From Candidatus Eiseniibacteriota bacterium (lineage in GTDB: Bacteria > Orphanbacterota > Orphanbacteria > Orphanbacterales > Orphanbacteraceae): a stretch of DNA of 64,000 nucleotides. The notes beneath the pieces were generated by a model. It saw only the letters and a program-made list of their open reading frames with translations. It was not told the origin of the DNA and ran no database searches. The DNA is taken from assembly GCA_043809585.1 (NCBI GenBank), contig JBDROZ010000017.1:1-64000 (forward strand), given 5' to 3'. Below, one piece after another: positions 63,886 through 64,000 of this stretch (position 1 is its first letter; each line of letters starts with the position of its first letter). The translations under genes were made by a program, and so were the position numbers.

Positions 63886-64000
63886 GGGGGGTGCCTCCCT
63901 TCCGGGGTGTCGCTTGTCGAGATCGAGTGGCTGGTTGATCGATCTCAGGATACCGTCCGGCGGGCTCTTCTGTCAGCACCGAACTCGGGGGGCCGGAGTC

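Overview
High-GC bacterial chromosomal window. The FlgD-Ig/T9SS-like C-terminal domains, Bacteroidota-like ATP synthase c subunit and short epsilon subunit suggest an FCB-affiliated candidate lineage such as Eisenbacteria/Krumholzibacteriota/Latescibacterota (inference). Housekeeping content: a 5'-truncated acyl-CoA dehydrogenase; a tetraheme cytochrome c; a classical menaquinone cluster (menF-D-H, interrupted by an orphan GAF-PAS histidine kinase, then menB-A-C-E); cstA; a multi-barrel outer-membrane protein plus OmpA-domain pair; glgC-GT4-djlA-like genes; a PP2C phosphatase; a complete F1Fo ATP synthase operon; mscL; a hybrid kinase; a two-permease RND system; and a secreted-protein region (beta-helix protein, oligoendopeptidase F, two divergent subtilase/FG-GAP/ASPIC-UnbV proteins, three paralogous lipoproteins, an ArnT-like glycosyltransferase). 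Two signals are not explained by this annotation. (1) Six exported proteins of four unrelated types end in the same 10-11 aa tail, S-W-x-x-[VIL]-K-x-x-F-[RY], a candidate C-terminal sorting or docking signal. (2) Two intergenic copies (1157-1407 and 32751-33016) of a ~250-265 nt rod-shaped element show compensatory base-pair changes; one copy is bounded by a 14-bp direct repeat and appears to sit inside a terminator. No tRNA, rRNA, CRISPR array or transposase was recognised. All calls are by eye, without database searches.
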